From the NCBI GenBank assembly GCA_035519535.1, contig DATIWF010000116.1, positions 2,953 to 66,952 on the forward strand: DNA of 64,000 nucleotides, in the 5' to 3' direction. Positions 43,855 through 54,829 of the stretch are shown here, one piece after another. Within the stretch, counting starts at the first letter, position 1. Each line of letters opens with the position of its first letter. The position numbers were made by a program, and so were the translations under genes. Below the pieces are notes generated by a model, which ran no database searches, was not told the DNA's origin, and was given only the letters and a program-made list of their open reading frames with translations. The DNA is from Vicinamibacterales bacterium. Its GTDB lineage: Bacteria > Acidobacteriota > Vicinamibacteria > Vicinamibacterales > SCN-69-37.

Positions 43855-45362
43855 CGCGGCGGATGGGCGCCGCCGCGGCGATCATCGCGCTGTGCGTCGG
43901 CGCCGGCGTGGCCGTGTCGGCACAGCAGTGGCCGAAATCCAGCCTCCCGCCGCCCCTGCCCGCGCGCTCGGTGGCGTTTCCGCCGTACGAGATCAGGACG
44001 CTGCCGAACGGATTGCAGGTCGTGGTCGTCCTCCATCACGAGCAGCCGTCGGTGACGTTCCGCCTCCTGATTCGCGCGGGCGCGATGCAGGAGCCCGCCG
44101 ACAAGCCGGGCGTCGCGAGCTTCGTCGCCGCGCTCCTGAATCAGGGCACGTCGTCGCGGTCCGCCGGCGAGATCGCGGACGCGATCGAATCCGCCGGCGG
44201 CAGCCTCGGCACGGGATCGGGCAACGAGCTTTCGTTCATCAACGGCGTGGTCATCAAGGATCAGGTGGACCTGCTCCTGGGCCTGGTGGCCGACATGGTC
44301 GAGCACCCGGCGTTCGCGCCCGACGAAATCGACCGCCAGCGCCGTCAGATGCTCTCGTCGTTGCAGGTCAGCTACGACGACCCGGACTACCTGGCCGACC
44401 TCGTGCTCGATCGCCTGGTGTTTGGCGCGCACCCGTACGGGCGGCCGAGCGACGGCACGCCGGAGTCGGTCGGCCGCATCACGCGCGACGACCTCGTCAA
44501 CTTCGAGCGCACGTGGTTCGTGCCGAACAACGCGCTGCTCGCAGTCGTCGGCGACCTCACGTCCGACGAAGCCTTCGCCGCGGTGGATCGCGCGTTCGGC
44601 ACGTGGGCCAGGCGCAACGTACCGGCCGTGGCGCCCGTCGATCCACCCACGCCGGCCCGGCGCGTCATCGTGATCGACCGGCCCGGGTCCGCGCAGACGG
44701 AGATCCGCATCGGCCAGCTTGGCGTGCCGCGCACGCATCCGGACTATCTGCCGTTCGACCTCGCGGTCCGGATCCTGGGCGGCGAAGGCGCGAACCGCCT
44801 CTTCGGCGTCCTGCGGACGGACCGCGGCCTCACGTACGGCGCGTCGGCCGACGTGCGCGCCTACAAGAACGCGGGCCTCATCGTCGCAGAGACCGACACG
44901 CGCTCGCCTGCGACGGCACAGGCCCTCCGTCTGATGGTGGACGAGTACGCGCGTCTGCAGCACGAGCCCGTGGACGCGCGCGAGCTGCGCGGCGCGCAGG
45001 ATTTCGTGTCGGGCAACTTCCCGCTGTCGATCGAGACGCCGTCGTCGATCGCCGAGCAGGTGCTGAGCCGCCTGTTCTACGGGCAGGACCCGAAGGAGCT
45101 CGAAACCTATCGCGACCGCGTCGATCGCGTGAGCGTCGCGGACATCTCGCGGGTCACCCGCGAGTTGCTCAAGCCCGACCAGCTGGCGATCGTGCTTGTG
45201 GGGGACGCGTCGGCGTTCGTCGGCGACCTCAAGACCCTCGGGTTCGGGGAATTCGAGCGCATCCCGATCGCCCAGCTCGACCTGAACTCGCTGACCCTCA
45301 AGCGACCTCCGTCGTTCGGCCCGGTCCGGCCTGGACCGCGGCCGGCCCTCCCGCCGGCGTGA
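43851..45362 (+). CDS. M16 family peptidase, non-catalytic partner subunit
   Basis: ATGA overlap with the upstream gene. The M16 fold pattern is present but there is no HxxEH motif. Confidence 0.85.
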   Translation: MTRRMGAAAAIIALCVGAGVAVSAQQWPKSSLPPPLPARSVAFPPYEIRTLPNGLQVVVVLHHEQPSVTFRLLIRAGAMQEPADKPGVASFVAALLNQGTSSRSAGEIADAIESAGGSLGTGSGNELSFINGVVIKDQVDLLLGLVADMVEHPAFAPDEIDRQRRQMLSSLQVSYDDPDYLADLVLDRLVFGAHPYGRPSDGTPESVGRITRDDLVNFERTWFVPNNALLAVVGDLTSDEAFAAVDRAFGTWARRNVPAVAPVDPPTPARRVIVIDRPGSAQTEIRIGQLGVPRTHPDYLPFDLAVRILGGEGANRLFGVLRTDRGLTYGASADVRAYKNAGLIVAETDTRSPATAQALRLMVDEYARLQHEPVDARELRGAQDFVSGNFPLSIETPSSIAEQVLSRLFYGQDPKELETYRDRVDRVSVADISRVTRELLKPDQLAIVLVGDASAFVGDLKTLGFGEFERIPIAQLDLNSLTLKRPPSFGPVRPGPRPALPPA

Positions 45363-45415
45363 CTGCGGCGCCCGACGCGTCCGGGCAAGCAGCGCGCGCG
45401 CCGGCGCCCGGGCCC

Positions 45416-46546
45416 GTGCGCCGCGTGATGATCTCCTGCGGCGAGGCCTCGGGCGACATGTATGCCGGCGCGCTCGTGCGGGCGATCCGCGCCCTCGACC
45501 CGGGCGTCGACGTGTTCGGCTTCGGCGGCGACCAGATGCGCACGGCCGGCGCCGAGCTCGTCGGCGACTATCGCGGCTTCTCGGTGACGGGTCTGATCGA
45601 GGCCATTTCGGTGCTGCCGCGCTCGTGGGCGATGCTGCGGCGGCTGCGCGAGGCCGCGGCGGCGCGGCGGCCGGACGTCTTCGTCGCGATCGATTTTCCC
45701 GACTTCAACTTCCAGCTGCTCCCGGCGATGCGTCGCCTCGGCGTGAAGATCGTCTATTACGTCAGCCCGCAGCTGTGGGCCTGGCGGCCGGGGCGGCTCG
45801 AGACCATTCGCCGCAACGTGGACCGCATGCTCGTGATCTTTCCGTTCGAGCAGGCGATCTACGAGCGTGCCGGCGTTCCCGTCGAGTTCGTCGGGCATCC
45901 GCTGCTGGATCTGACGCGGCCGGCGACGCCGCGTGCGGAGTTCCTGCGCGCGGTCGGCCTCGATCCGGATCGGCCCGTGCTGGCCCTGCTGCCGGGCAGC
46001 CGGCCGAACGAGCTGCGCTACGTGCTGCCCGCGCTCGCCGGCGCCGCGCCGATCATCGCCGCCAGCGTGCCGGGCGTGCAGTTTCTCGTCGCCCGCGCGC
46101 CCTCGCTCGACGACGGCCTGTTCGCGCCGCTCGAGGCCGTGCGGCAGCGCGGCCTGCCGGTCGCCATCGCGACCCAGGCGACCGACGACGTGCTCGACGC
46201 GGCGGATGCGGTCGTGACGGCGTCGGGCACCGCCACGGTCCAGTCCGCGCTGCACGGCACCCCGATGGTGATCGTCTATCGGCTGTCGCCGCTGACGTAC
46301 GCGATTGGCCGGCGGTTCGTGCGCGTCCAGACGTACGGGATGGTCAACCTCGTGGCCGGGCGCCGGGTCGTGCCCGAGCTGATCCAGGACGCGCTCACCC
46401 CGGAGGCGGTCGCGCGCGAGGTCGTGCCGCTCCTGACCGATCGCGCGCGCGCGGATGCCATGCGCCGCGACCTCGCGGACGTGCGCGCCCGGCTGGGCGG
46501 CCCGGGGGCGTCGCGCCGCGCCGCGGAGGTTACACTGCACCCATGA
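45416..46546 (+). CDS. lpxB: Lipid-A-disaccharide synthase
   Basis: (V)RRVMISCGEASGDMYAGALVRAI... matches the canonical LpxB N-terminus. The start is GTG 45416 or ATG 45428. This is the tail of a long artefactual track ORF. Confidence 0.88.
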   Translation: MRRVMISCGEASGDMYAGALVRAIRALDPGVDVFGFGGDQMRTAGAELVGDYRGFSVTGLIEAISVLPRSWAMLRRLREAAAARRPDVFVAIDFPDFNFQLLPAMRRLGVKIVYYVSPQLWAWRPGRLETIRRNVDRMLVIFPFEQAIYERAGVPVEFVGHPLLDLTRPATPRAEFLRAVGLDPDRPVLALLPGSRPNELRYVLPALAGAAPIIAASVPGVQFLVARAPSLDDGLFAPLEAVRQRGLPVAIATQATDDVLDAADAVVTASGTATVQSALHGTPMVIVYRLSPLTYAIGRRFVRVQTYGMVNLVAGRRVVPELIQDALTPEAVAREVVPLLTDRARADAMRRDLADVRARLGGPGASRRAAEVTLHP

Positions 46547-47106
46547 CTCGCACCCTCGCGGTAGTCGTGGCGGTCGTGGCGGCCCGGGCGTCGATCGTCG
46601 CGACCGAAATCGTGCCCATGGACTTTCGCGAGGCCGTCGCCGCCGCCTCGCTGATCGTCCGGGGCCATGTGACGGACGTCCGCGGCGTCGCCGATCCTGC
46701 AGGTGTCAGCACGGTGGCGACCGTCGCCGTGGACCGCGTGCTCAAAGGACAGGCCGACGACTTCATCTCCGTCCGCGTGCCCGGCGGCACCATCGGGCGA
46801 TACCGGTACGTGTTCGTGGGCGCGCCGACGTTCAGCGTCAGCGAGCAGGCCGTGTTTCTCCTGAAGCGCGGACCCGACAACGCGCTCCGGCCGGTCGGGC
46901 TCACGCAGGGGATCTACGAGATCCGCGGCCTGCCGGGCAGCGGCCAGCCGGTCGTCGCGCCGCCGCTCGTCGCTCCCGAGACGGCGTCGGCCGGCCAGGT
47001 CGTGCGTGGCGACGCGCGCCGCAAGCTCATGCCGCTCGCCGAATTCGAGTCGCTCGTGCGCCTCGTCATGGCAGGGCAGGGCCTGACCCCTGGAGGCCAT
47101 CGATGA
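46543..47106 (+). CDS. Secreted or anchored hypothetical protein (187 aa)
   Basis: ATGA overlap with the lpxB stop. It has an N-terminal hydrophobic segment and is beta-rich, and I recognise no family. Confidence 0.6.
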   Translation: MTRTLAVVVAVVAARASIVATEIVPMDFREAVAAASLIVRGHVTDVRGVADPAGVSTVATVAVDRVLKGQADDFISVRVPGGTIGRYRYVFVGAPTFSVSEQAVFLLKRGPDNALRPVGLTQGIYEIRGLPGSGQPVVAPPLVAPETASAGQVVRGDARRKLMPLAEFESLVRLVMAGQGLTPGGHR

Positions 47107-48110
47107 GCCGGCGCGCCTCGCGTGGCGTCGCCATCGCCTTCGCGCTCGCCGCCGTGCTCGCGGCGCCGCTCCGCGCGTACCTCGGCCTCGGCGTGCAGGT
47201 CGGCTCGCGGGTGGTCGCGCTCAAGTGGCCGTCGATGCCCGTCCGGTACTTCATCACGAACCGGGACGTGCCCGGCGTGACGGCGCCGCAGCTGCAGGCC
47301 GCGGTCGATCGCGCGTTCTCGACATGGGGCAGTCTGCCGACGGCTCAGATCTCCGCGCAGTTCGTCGGTTTCACCGGCGCGGATCCCGTCAACAACGACG
47401 GCGCGACGGTGCTGGGGTTCCAGGCCCATCCCGAGCTCGATCGCGTGCTCGGCGCGACAACACACGCCGTCGATCAGACGACGGGCGCCGTGGTCGAGTC
47501 CGACATCTTCCTGAACTCGACGTTCGACTGGTCGGTGGCCGCGGGCGGCGAGGCGGCGCGCTTCGACGTGCAGTCGATCGCCACGCATGAGATCGGCCAC
47601 CTGCTGGGACTCAGCCACTCGGCCCTGGGCGAAACGGAGCTGCGCCCGTCGGGCGGCCGCCGCGTGCTCGGCAAGAGCGCGGTGATGTTTCCGATCGCGT
47701 TTCCCGCGGGCAACATCGCGGACCGCACGCTCAAGCCGGACGACATCGCCGGCATGTCCGACGTCTACCCGACCGCGGCCTTTCAGACGTCGACGGGCAG
47801 CCTGCCGGGCCGCGTCACGCTCAACGGCGCCGGACTGTTCGGCGCGCACGTGACCGCGTTCAACGTCAGCACGGGCACGCTCGTCGGCGGCTTCGCGCTC
47901 GATGCGCAGGGGCGCTTTTCGATCGACGGGCTCGCGTCCGGGCTGTACGTCGTGCGCGTCGAGCCGCTCGACGACGCCGACCTCGACAGCTTTTTCGCGC
48001 CGGACGCCGTCGTAAACATCGACTTCAAACCGGCGGTCTACGCGAAGCTCGTTGCGGTGCCGGCGCGCGGCGCGGCCGCGTCGATCGAGATTCGGGTGCA
48101 GGCGAAATGA
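47103..48110 (+). CDS. Matrixin (M10A, MMP-like) zinc metalloprotease with C-terminal carboxypeptidase-regulatory-like beta-sandwich
   Basis: ATGA overlap with the upstream gene. Signal peptide, zinc motif HEIGHLLGLSHS followed by a Met-turn (SAVMFP), and C-terminal GRVTLNG...GLYVVRVEP. Confidence 0.85.
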   Translation: MSRRASRGVAIAFALAAVLAAPLRAYLGLGVQVGSRVVALKWPSMPVRYFITNRDVPGVTAPQLQAAVDRAFSTWGSLPTAQISAQFVGFTGADPVNNDGATVLGFQAHPELDRVLGATTHAVDQTTGAVVESDIFLNSTFDWSVAAGGEAARFDVQSIATHEIGHLLGLSHSALGETELRPSGGRRVLGKSAVMFPIAFPAGNIADRTLKPDDIAGMSDVYPTAAFQTSTGSLPGRVTLNGAGLFGAHVTAFNVSTGTLVGGFALDAQGRFSIDGLASGLYVVRVEPLDDADLDSFFAPDAVVNIDFKPAVYAKLVAVPARGAAASIEIRVQAK

Positions 48111-48817
48111 CGCGACCGGTCCACTGGCGCCGGGCGGCGCTCGGCATCCTGCTGGCGGCCGCGCTCGCGCCGGACGCGCGGGCACAGACGCCGGCGGCCG
48201 CCGCGCGTCCCGCCGCGCCACGCGCGGATCGCGGCATCGACGTCACGGTGGGCGGCGCGTGGACCGGCGGCACGTCGTTCGGGTCGAGCAACGCGACTCT
48301 GCAGGCGCCCGATGGATCCTCGCTCACGCTGTTCACGACGTCGAGCGAGCTCGGCGCGGGCAGCGGCTTCGAGCTCCACCTCGGCTTTCGAGTGACGAAG
48401 ACGCTGAATGTTGAGGCGAGCGGGTCGTGGTCGCGCGCCGAGCTCCGTACCGCGGTGACGTCGGACTTCGAGGACGCCGCGCCCGTCACGGCCACCAATC
48501 GCGTCTCCCGATTCACGCTCGAAGGCTCGGCGCTCTGGACGGTGCTCGCGCGGGGACGCGCGCGCTGGTTCGTGCGCGGCGGCGTCGGCTGGCAGCGCGA
48601 GCTCGACGAGACGCAGGTCCTGACCGACGACGGGACGATCGCCAACCTCGGCGGCGGCGTGAAATACTGGTGGCGTCAGCACGGCCGCGGGGTCTTCGGG
48701 AATCTCGGCTTCCGCGCCGAAGCGCGCGCGGCGTTCCGGTCGTCCGGCCTCTCGCTCGACCAGAAGCAGACGCGCGTGTCGCCCGTGATTGCGGGCGGCG
48801 TGATGTTCGGTTTCTAG
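48107..48817 (+). CDS. Outer-membrane beta-barrel protein (OmpA-barrel/OmpW-like size)
   Basis: ATGA overlap with the upstream gene. Signal peptide ...APDARAQ, alternating beta-strand pattern and C-terminal GGVMFGF. Confidence 0.7.
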   Translation: MTRPVHWRRAALGILLAAALAPDARAQTPAAAARPAAPRADRGIDVTVGGAWTGGTSFGSSNATLQAPDGSSLTLFTTSSELGAGSGFELHLGFRVTKTLNVEASGSWSRAELRTAVTSDFEDAAPVTATNRVSRFTLEGSALWTVLARGRARWFVRGGVGWQRELDETQVLTDDGTIANLGGGVKYWWRQHGRGVFGNLGFRAEARAAFRSSGLSLDQKQTRVSPVIAGGVMFGF

Positions 48818-48836
48818 CTCGTCAGCTCGGAGTCTT

Positions 48837-51530
48837 ATGTCCCTCGATTCCTTCAAGACACGATCGACCCTCACGGTGGGTCGTGACACACTCGACTACT
48901 TCAGCCTGCCGGCGCTCGAGGCCGCGGGCTGCGCGGGGGTCACCCGGCTGCCGTTCTCGCTCAAGGTCCTGCTCGAGAATCTCCTTCGCCGAGAGGACGG
49001 CGCCGGCGTCACGGCCGACGACATCCGCGCGCTCGCGTCGTGGCGGCCCGGCGCGGTGGGGCAGAAGGAAATCTCGTTCATGCCCGCGCGCGTGCTGCTC
49101 CAGGATTTCACGGGCGTGCCCTGCATCGCCGATCTGGCCGCAATGCGCGACGGCATCGTCGCGTTCGGCGGCAATCCGGACAAGGTCAACCCGCTGCAGC
49201 CGGTCGAGCTGGTCATCGATCACTCGGTGCAGGTCGATCACTACGGCCGGGCGGACGCGCTGAAGCTCAACGCCGAGCTCGAGTATCACCGCAACCGCGA
49301 GCGCTACGCGTTCCTGCGCTGGGGCCAGGGCGCGTTCCGCAATTTCAAGGTCGTGCCGCCGGAGACCGGCATCGTCCATCAGGTGAACATCGAGTACCTG
49401 GCGCGCGTCGTCTGCCGCGATGCGACCGGCGCGCGCCCGCTCGCCTATCCCGACACCGTCTTCGGCACCGACTCCCACACGACGATGGTGAACGGGCTCG
49501 GCGTGGTGGGCTGGGGCGTCGGCGGGATCGAGGCGGAGGCCGCGATGCTCGGCCAGCCCAGCTCGATGCTCATCCCCGAAGTGGTTGGGTGCAAGCTCTC
49601 CGGTCGGCTGCCCGACGGGGCGACCGCGACGGATCTCGTGCTCACGATCACGGAGGCGCTGCGCAAGAAGGGCGTCGTCGGCAAGTTCGTCGAGTTCTTC
49701 GGGCCGGGCCTCGAGCACCTGACGATCGCCGACCGCGTCACGCTCGGCAACATGTGTCCGGAGTATGGCGCGACGGTCGCCATCTTCCCGATCGACGCCA
49801 TGACGCTCGAGTATCTGCGCTTCACGGGCCGGGACGAGGCGCAGGTGGCCCTCGTCGAGGCGTATGCGAAGGCGCAGAGCATGTTCCGGACCGACGCGAC
49901 GCCGGATGCCGCGTACTCGGACACGCTGTCGCTCGATCTCCACACGGTGGAGCCGAGCCTCGCGGGGCCGCGCCGGCCGCAGGATCGCGTCGCGCTGACG
50001 GCGGCGAAGACCTCGTTCGCGAGCGCGCTGCCCGACTTGCTGAAGGGCGTCAAGAAGCCCGCCGCTGGCGGCGCGTCGTCAAATCCCGCGGCGGTGGCCG
50101 TCGCGACGCAGCTCGAGCACGGTTCGGTCGTCATCGCGGCGATCACGAGCTGCACCAACACGTCGAACCCGAGCGTCATGATCGGCGCCGGCCTCGTCGC
50201 GAAGCGGGCCGTCGAACTTGGGCTCAAGAGCAAACCCTGGGTCAAGACGAGCCTCGCGCCGGGATCGAAGGTGGTCAGCGAGTACCTGGCGAAGTCGGGC
50301 TTGCAGCCGTACCTCGACACGCTCGGGTTCAACCTCGTGGGTTTCGGGTGCACGACGTGCATCGGGAACAGCGGACCGCTGCCCGACGACATCGCCGCGG
50401 AGGTCCGCGAGCGCGGCCTGGTCGTGTGTGCCGTGCTGTCGGGCAATCGCAATTTCGAGGGGCGGATCCAGCAGGACGTGCGGGCGAACTACCTGGCGTC
50501 GCCGCCGCTCGTGGTGGCGTACGCGCTGGCGGGATCGCTCAACATCGATCTCACGGTCGATCCGCTCGGCACCGGCAGCAACGGCAAGCCCGTGTATCTG
50601 CGCGACCTCTGGCCGACCGAGCCGGAGATTCAGCGCACGATGCTCGCGTCGGTGTCCGCCGATCTCTTCCGTCAGCAGTACGCCAAGGTCTTCGACGGCG
50701 ACGATCTCTGGCGCAGCCTGCCCGTGCCCCGGGGAGATCGGTTCGCGTGGGAGCCGTCGTCCACCTACATCCGCCGCCCGCCCTTCCTGGACGACCTGCC
50801 GCGCGAGCCGTCGCCGCGCGCCGACATCCGCGGGGCGCGCGTGCTGGCGCTCCTCGGCGACAGCATCACCACCGATCACATCTCGCCCGCGGGATCGATC
50901 AAGCCGGACAGCCCGGCGGGCAAGTACCTGATCGCGCAGGGGGTCGCGCCGAAGGACTTCAACTCGTACGGCGCGCGCCGCGGCAATCACGAAGTGATGA
51001 TCCGCGGCACCTTCGCGAACGTGCGGCTCCGCAACCTGCTCGCGCCGGGCACGGAGGGCGGGATGACAACGTATCTGCCGGACGGCGGGGTGATGCCGAT
51101 CTACGACGCCGCGATGAAATACATCGAGGCGCGCGTGCCGCTCGTCGTGCTGGCGGGGAGGGAATACGGATCGGGCTCCTCGCGCGACTGGGCCGCGAAG
51201 GGCGTGATGCTGCTCGGCGTCAAGGCCGTGCTCGCAGCGAGCTTCGAGCGCATCCACCGCAGCAACCTGGTCAACCTGGGCGTGCTCCCGCTGGAGTTTC
51301 CGGCCGGGCAGTCCGCGGCGTCGCTCGGTCTCACGGGGCACGAGGTCTTCGACCTCGAGGGATCGGGGCCGTCGCTCGCGCCCCGCGGGACGGTCACGGT
51401 GCGCGTCAAGCGCGACGACGGATGGACGGCGTCGTTCGAGGCCACGGTCCGCGTGGACACGCCCGAGGAGCTCGTCGCCTTCACCCACGGCGGCATCCTG
51501 CCGTACGTGCTGAGGAAGCTCGCGCGCTGA
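48837..51530 (+). CDS. acnA: Aconitate hydratase A
   Basis: 897 aa with [32 protein letters not shown] and [10 protein letters not shown] motifs. Confidence 0.97.
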   Translation: MSLDSFKTRSTLTVGRDTLDYFSLPALEAAGCAGVTRLPFSLKVLLENLLRREDGAGVTADDIRALASWRPGAVGQKEISFMPARVLLQDFTGVPCIADLAAMRDGIVAFGGNPDKVNPLQPVELVIDHSVQVDHYGRADALKLNAELEYHRNRERYAFLRWGQGAFRNFKVVPPETGIVHQVNIEYLARVVCRDATGARPLAYPDTVFGTDSHTTMVNGLGVVGWGVGGIEAEAAMLGQPSSMLIPEVVGCKLSGRLPDGATATDLVLTITEALRKKGVVGKFVEFFGPGLEHLTIADRVTLGNMCPEYGATVAIFPIDAMTLEYLRFTGRDEAQVALVEAYAKAQSMFRTDATPDAAYSDTLSLDLHTVEPSLAGPRRPQDRVALTAAKTSFASALPDLLKGVKKPAAGGASSNPAAVAVATQLEHGSVVIAAITSCTNTSNPSVMIGAGLVAKRAVELGLKSKPWVKTSLAPGSKVVSEYLAKSGLQPYLDTLGFNLVGFGCTTCIGNSGPLPDDIAAEVRERGLVVCAVLSGNRNFEGRIQQDVRANYLASPPLVVAYALAGSLNIDLTVDPLGTGSNGKPVYLRDLWPTEPEIQRTMLASVSADLFRQQYAKVFDGDDLWRSLPVPRGDRFAWEPSSTYIRRPPFLDDLPREPSPRADIRGARVLALLGDSITTDHISPAGSIKPDSPAGKYLIAQGVAPKDFNSYGARRGNHEVMIRGTFANVRLRNLLAPGTEGGMTTYLPDGGVMPIYDAAMKYIEARVPLVVLAGREYGSGSSRDWAAKGVMLLGVKAVLAASFERIHRSNLVNLGVLPLEFPAGQSAASLGLTGHEVFDLEGSGPSLAPRGTVTVRVKRDDGWTASFEATVRVDTPEELVAFTHGGILPYVLRKLAR

Positions 51531-51539
51531 CGGGCCGGT

Positions 51540-52601
51540 GTGGGCCTGACCTCCGCGTCCGTTAACGCCCGCGCGCGCGACCTCGGGTTCGATCTCTGCG
51601 GCATCGCCCGCGCCGACCGGCACCCGCGCCTGTCCCGCCTCGCCTCGTGGGTGGCCGCCGGCTACGCCGGCGACATGGCGTATCTCGCGCGGTCGATCGA
51701 CGAACGCGCGGATCCCCGCCGCGTGCTGCCATCCGCGCAATCCGTCGTCTCGCTCGCCTGCGTCTACAACTCCGGCGCGCCGTACTCGACGGCCGTCGAA
51801 GGTCCGGGCCGGGCCGTGATCGCCCGCTACGCGTGGGGCGACGACTACCACGAGGTGCTGCGGGCGCGGCTGCGTCCGCTCGTGCGGTGGATGGCCGACG
51901 AGGCGGGCGCGGGCTTCGAGGCGTTCTCGTGCGTGGACAGCGGTCCGATCCAGGAGCGCGTGTTCGCGGAACAGGCGGGGCTTGGCTGGATCGGCAAGAA
52001 CACCTGCCTCATCAGCCCGAGCCTCGGGTCGTGGCTCGTGCTGGCCGAGGTGATCACGAACGCCGATCTCGAGCCCGATCGCCCGGGCGTCGATCAATGC
52101 GGCACGTGCACGCGGTGTCTCGAGGCGTGCCCGACGGGCGCGATCGCGGAGCCGTATCTCGTCGACGCCACGCGGTGCCTGTCGTACCTCACGATCGAAG
52201 CGCGGGGCGCAATCGACGAAGCACGGCGCCCGGCGATCGGTCGCGAGGTCTTCGGGTGCGACATCTGCCAGGACGTGTGCCCGTGGAACCGGCGCGGTGC
52301 CGTCAGCGCCGATCCGGCGTGGCAGCCGCGTCCGGGCCTCGCGTATCCGTGGCTGATCGATCTCTGCCGGCGGACCGACGATGAATGGCGGCGCGGCTTG
52401 CGCGCGAGCGCGATGCGCCGCGCCGGTCTGCGCCGGATTCGCCGCTCGCTGGCGTACGCGGCCGCCCGTCTGGCCCCGGCCGACGCCCGGGCGGCGCTCG
52501 ACGCGTTGGCCGCACATCCGTCAGCCGGTGACGAATTTGTCACCGAGGCGATCGCGTGGGCCCGGCGCGAGCTGGCCGGGCGCGCAGACGGCACCGGCTA
52601 G
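51540..52601 (+). CDS. queG: tRNA epoxyqueuosine(34) reductase
   Basis: 353 aa with GLGWIGKNT and two 4Fe-4S motifs, CGTCTRCLEACPTGA and CDICQDVCPWN. Confidence 0.92.
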   Translation: MGLTSASVNARARDLGFDLCGIARADRHPRLSRLASWVAAGYAGDMAYLARSIDERADPRRVLPSAQSVVSLACVYNSGAPYSTAVEGPGRAVIARYAWGDDYHEVLRARLRPLVRWMADEAGAGFEAFSCVDSGPIQERVFAEQAGLGWIGKNTCLISPSLGSWLVLAEVITNADLEPDRPGVDQCGTCTRCLEACPTGAIAEPYLVDATRCLSYLTIEARGAIDEARRPAIGREVFGCDICQDVCPWNRRGAVSADPAWQPRPGLAYPWLIDLCRRTDDEWRRGLRASAMRRAGLRRIRRSLAYAAARLAPADARAALDALAAHPSAGDEFVTEAIAWARRELAGRADGTG

Positions 52602-52818
52602 CGCCTCCGAGGTCTCGAAGAAAGGCGAAGATCGCAGCAGACCGGCGCCGCCAATGGGGGTCGGTTCCCGGCCGCACCTCCGGCGGTTCGGACGTGGCGT
52701 CGCCGGACGGTCGCACAAAGTCGCCGCACCTGGCATCTTGCCACGCACCCGGCACCCGGCGCCCCGCACTCAGCATTGCTCCATGAGCACGGACCTTGCA
52801 GTCCGGTAAACTGCCATC

Positions 52819-53364
52819 ATGTCGCTCGCGCCCGCGCTCCTGCTGTCGATGCCGCAGCTCATCGACCCGAACTTCGCGAAGTCGGTGGTGCTGCTGTGCG
52901 AGCACGCGCCCGAGGGCGCCTTCGGGCTGGTCGTCAATCGCCCGTCGGACATCGCGGCGGCGGAGGCCGTGCGCCTCGAGCCGCCGGTCGATCAGCCCAA
53001 CGACCTGCCGCTCCTCATCGGCGGGCCGGTCGAGCCGCAGCGCGGCTGGATTCTGACCGCGCAAGCGCCCGAGCTCGTCGAGTACCGGAGCGTCGGCGCC
53101 GGACTGTACCTGTCGGCGTCGCCGGTGCTGCTGCGGCGCGCGCTGATGGCGCGTCCGCTTCCCAAGCGCACGGTCGTCCTCGCCGGCTACGCGGGGTGGG
53201 GCCCGGGCCAGCTCGACGCAGAGCTCGCGGCGTCGGCGTGGCTCATCATGCCGGTCGAGCTCGACCTGATCTTCGAGATTCCGTCCTCGGCGGCGTGGGA
53301 GATGGCGATTCGGCGGCTCGGCGCCGACCCGCATCTCCTGCAAATGGGGCATGGCATTCACTGA
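52819..53364 (+). CDS. YqgE/AlgH family protein (UPF0301)
   Basis: 181 aa. LLLSMPQLIDPNFAKSVVLLCEHAPEGAFGLVVNRP; GYAGWGPGQLDAEL. Confidence 0.88.
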   Translation: MSLAPALLLSMPQLIDPNFAKSVVLLCEHAPEGAFGLVVNRPSDIAAAEAVRLEPPVDQPNDLPLLIGGPVEPQRGWILTAQAPELVEYRSVGAGLYLSASPVLLRRALMARPLPKRTVVLAGYAGWGPGQLDAELAASAWLIMPVELDLIFEIPSSAAWEMAIRRLGADPHLLQMGHGIH

Positions 53365-54829
53365 GGCGTTCGCCTCGCGCGCGGCGCGGGCGGCGATCGT
53401 CGACGGCCGCGGCGTGCATTCCTACGGCGAGCTGGCGGACGCGTCGTCGCGGGCCGCGTCCGCGCTCGTCGCGGATCGTGGCGACCTCGAGGAAGCGCGC
53501 GTCGCGCTCCTCATCCAGCCAGGCTTCGAGTTCGCCGCAGCGCTCAGCGGCGTGTGGCGCGCCGGCGGCGTGGCCGTGCCCCTCTCGGTCTCGGACCCCG
53601 GCGCGGCGCTCGACTATGTCCTGCGCGATGCGGAGGTCGAGGCCGTCGTCACGTCGAACGCGTTCGCGCACGCCGTCAAGCCGCTCGCGGCGGCGAGCGG
53701 CGTGCGGCTCCATACGGCCGACACGCTTCTGAGCGCGCCCCTCGCGGCGCTGCCGGCCGTCTCGTCCGACCGGCGCGCGCTCATCGTCTATTCGAGCGGG
53801 ACGACCGCGCAGCCCAAGGGGGTCGTCACGACGCATGCGAACGTCGCGTCGCAGGTCGCCTCGCTCGCCGCCGCGTGGGAGTGGGTGTGCGAGGACCGGA
53901 TCCTGCTCGTGCTTCCGCTGCATCACGTGCACGGGCTCGTCAACGGCCTCTGCACGCCGCTGTTTTCCGGCGCGAGCTGCGAGATGCCCGCGCGTTTCGA
54001 CGCCGGAGCGGCCTGGACGCGGCTGGCCTCGGGCGAGATCAGCGTCTTCACCGCCGTGCCGACGATCTATCACCGCCTGATCGGGGCGTGGGAGGCCGCG
54101 CCGGCCGACACGCAGCGGCTGTGGACGAACGGCGTGAGGCGCGTGCGGCTGATGATGTCGGGATCGGCGGCGCTCCCCGCGGGCGTGTTCGGGCGCTGGC
54201 GCGAGATCACCGGCCACGTGCTGCTCGAGCGCTACGGGATGACCGAGATCGGCATGGCGCTGTCGAATCCGCTCCACGGCGAGCGGCGACCCGGCTCGGT
54301 CGGGACGCCGCTGCCCGGCGTCGAGGTCCGGCTGGTCGACGAGGCGGGCGGCCTGGTGCCGGAGGGCGTAGCGGGGGAGATCGAGGTTCGCGGGCCGACC
54401 GTCTTTCGCGAGTACTGGCGCCGCCCGGAGGACACGCGCGCCGCGTTTCGCGACGGCTGGTTCCGCACGGGCGACGAGGGCGTCGTCGAGGACGGCGGCT
54501 ACCGGATCCTCGGCCGCCGCAGCGTCGACATCATCAAGAGCGGCGGCTACAAGATCTCTGCGCTCGAGATCGAGGACGCCATCCGCGCCCATCCCGCGGT
54601 CATCGACTGCGCCGTCGTGGGCGTCGCCGATCCGAGCTGGGGCGAGCGCGTCTGCGCGGCCGTGGAACTCGGCGCCGAGGCGGCGCTCACGCTCGAGGAA
54701 TTGCAGGCGTGGGTCAAAGCGAGGCTCTCGCCCTACAAGGTGCCGAAGGACCTCCGATGCGTGCCCGCGCTGCCGCGCAACGCGATGGGCAAGGTCATCA
54801 AGACGCAAGTGGCGCCGTGGTTCGCTTGA
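53351..54829 (+). CDS. AMP-dependent synthetase/ligase (acyl-CoA synthetase, malonyl-CoA-synthetase-like)
   Basis: 492 aa with AMP-binding motifs IVYSSGTTAQPKGV, YGMTE, TGDEG and SGGYKISALEIE. Confidence 0.88.
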   Translation: MAFTEAFASRAARAAIVDGRGVHSYGELADASSRAASALVADRGDLEEARVALLIQPGFEFAAALSGVWRAGGVAVPLSVSDPGAALDYVLRDAEVEAVVTSNAFAHAVKPLAAASGVRLHTADTLLSAPLAALPAVSSDRRALIVYSSGTTAQPKGVVTTHANVASQVASLAAAWEWVCEDRILLVLPLHHVHGLVNGLCTPLFSGASCEMPARFDAGAAWTRLASGEISVFTAVPTIYHRLIGAWEAAPADTQRLWTNGVRRVRLMMSGSAALPAGVFGRWREITGHVLLERYGMTEIGMALSNPLHGERRPGSVGTPLPGVEVRLVDEAGGLVPEGVAGEIEVRGPTVFREYWRRPEDTRAAFRDGWFRTGDEGVVEDGGYRILGRRSVDIIKSGGYKISALEIEDAIRAHPAVIDCAVVGVADPSWGERVCAAVELGAEAALTLEELQAWVKARLSPYKVPKDLRCVPALPRNAMGKVIKTQVAPWFA

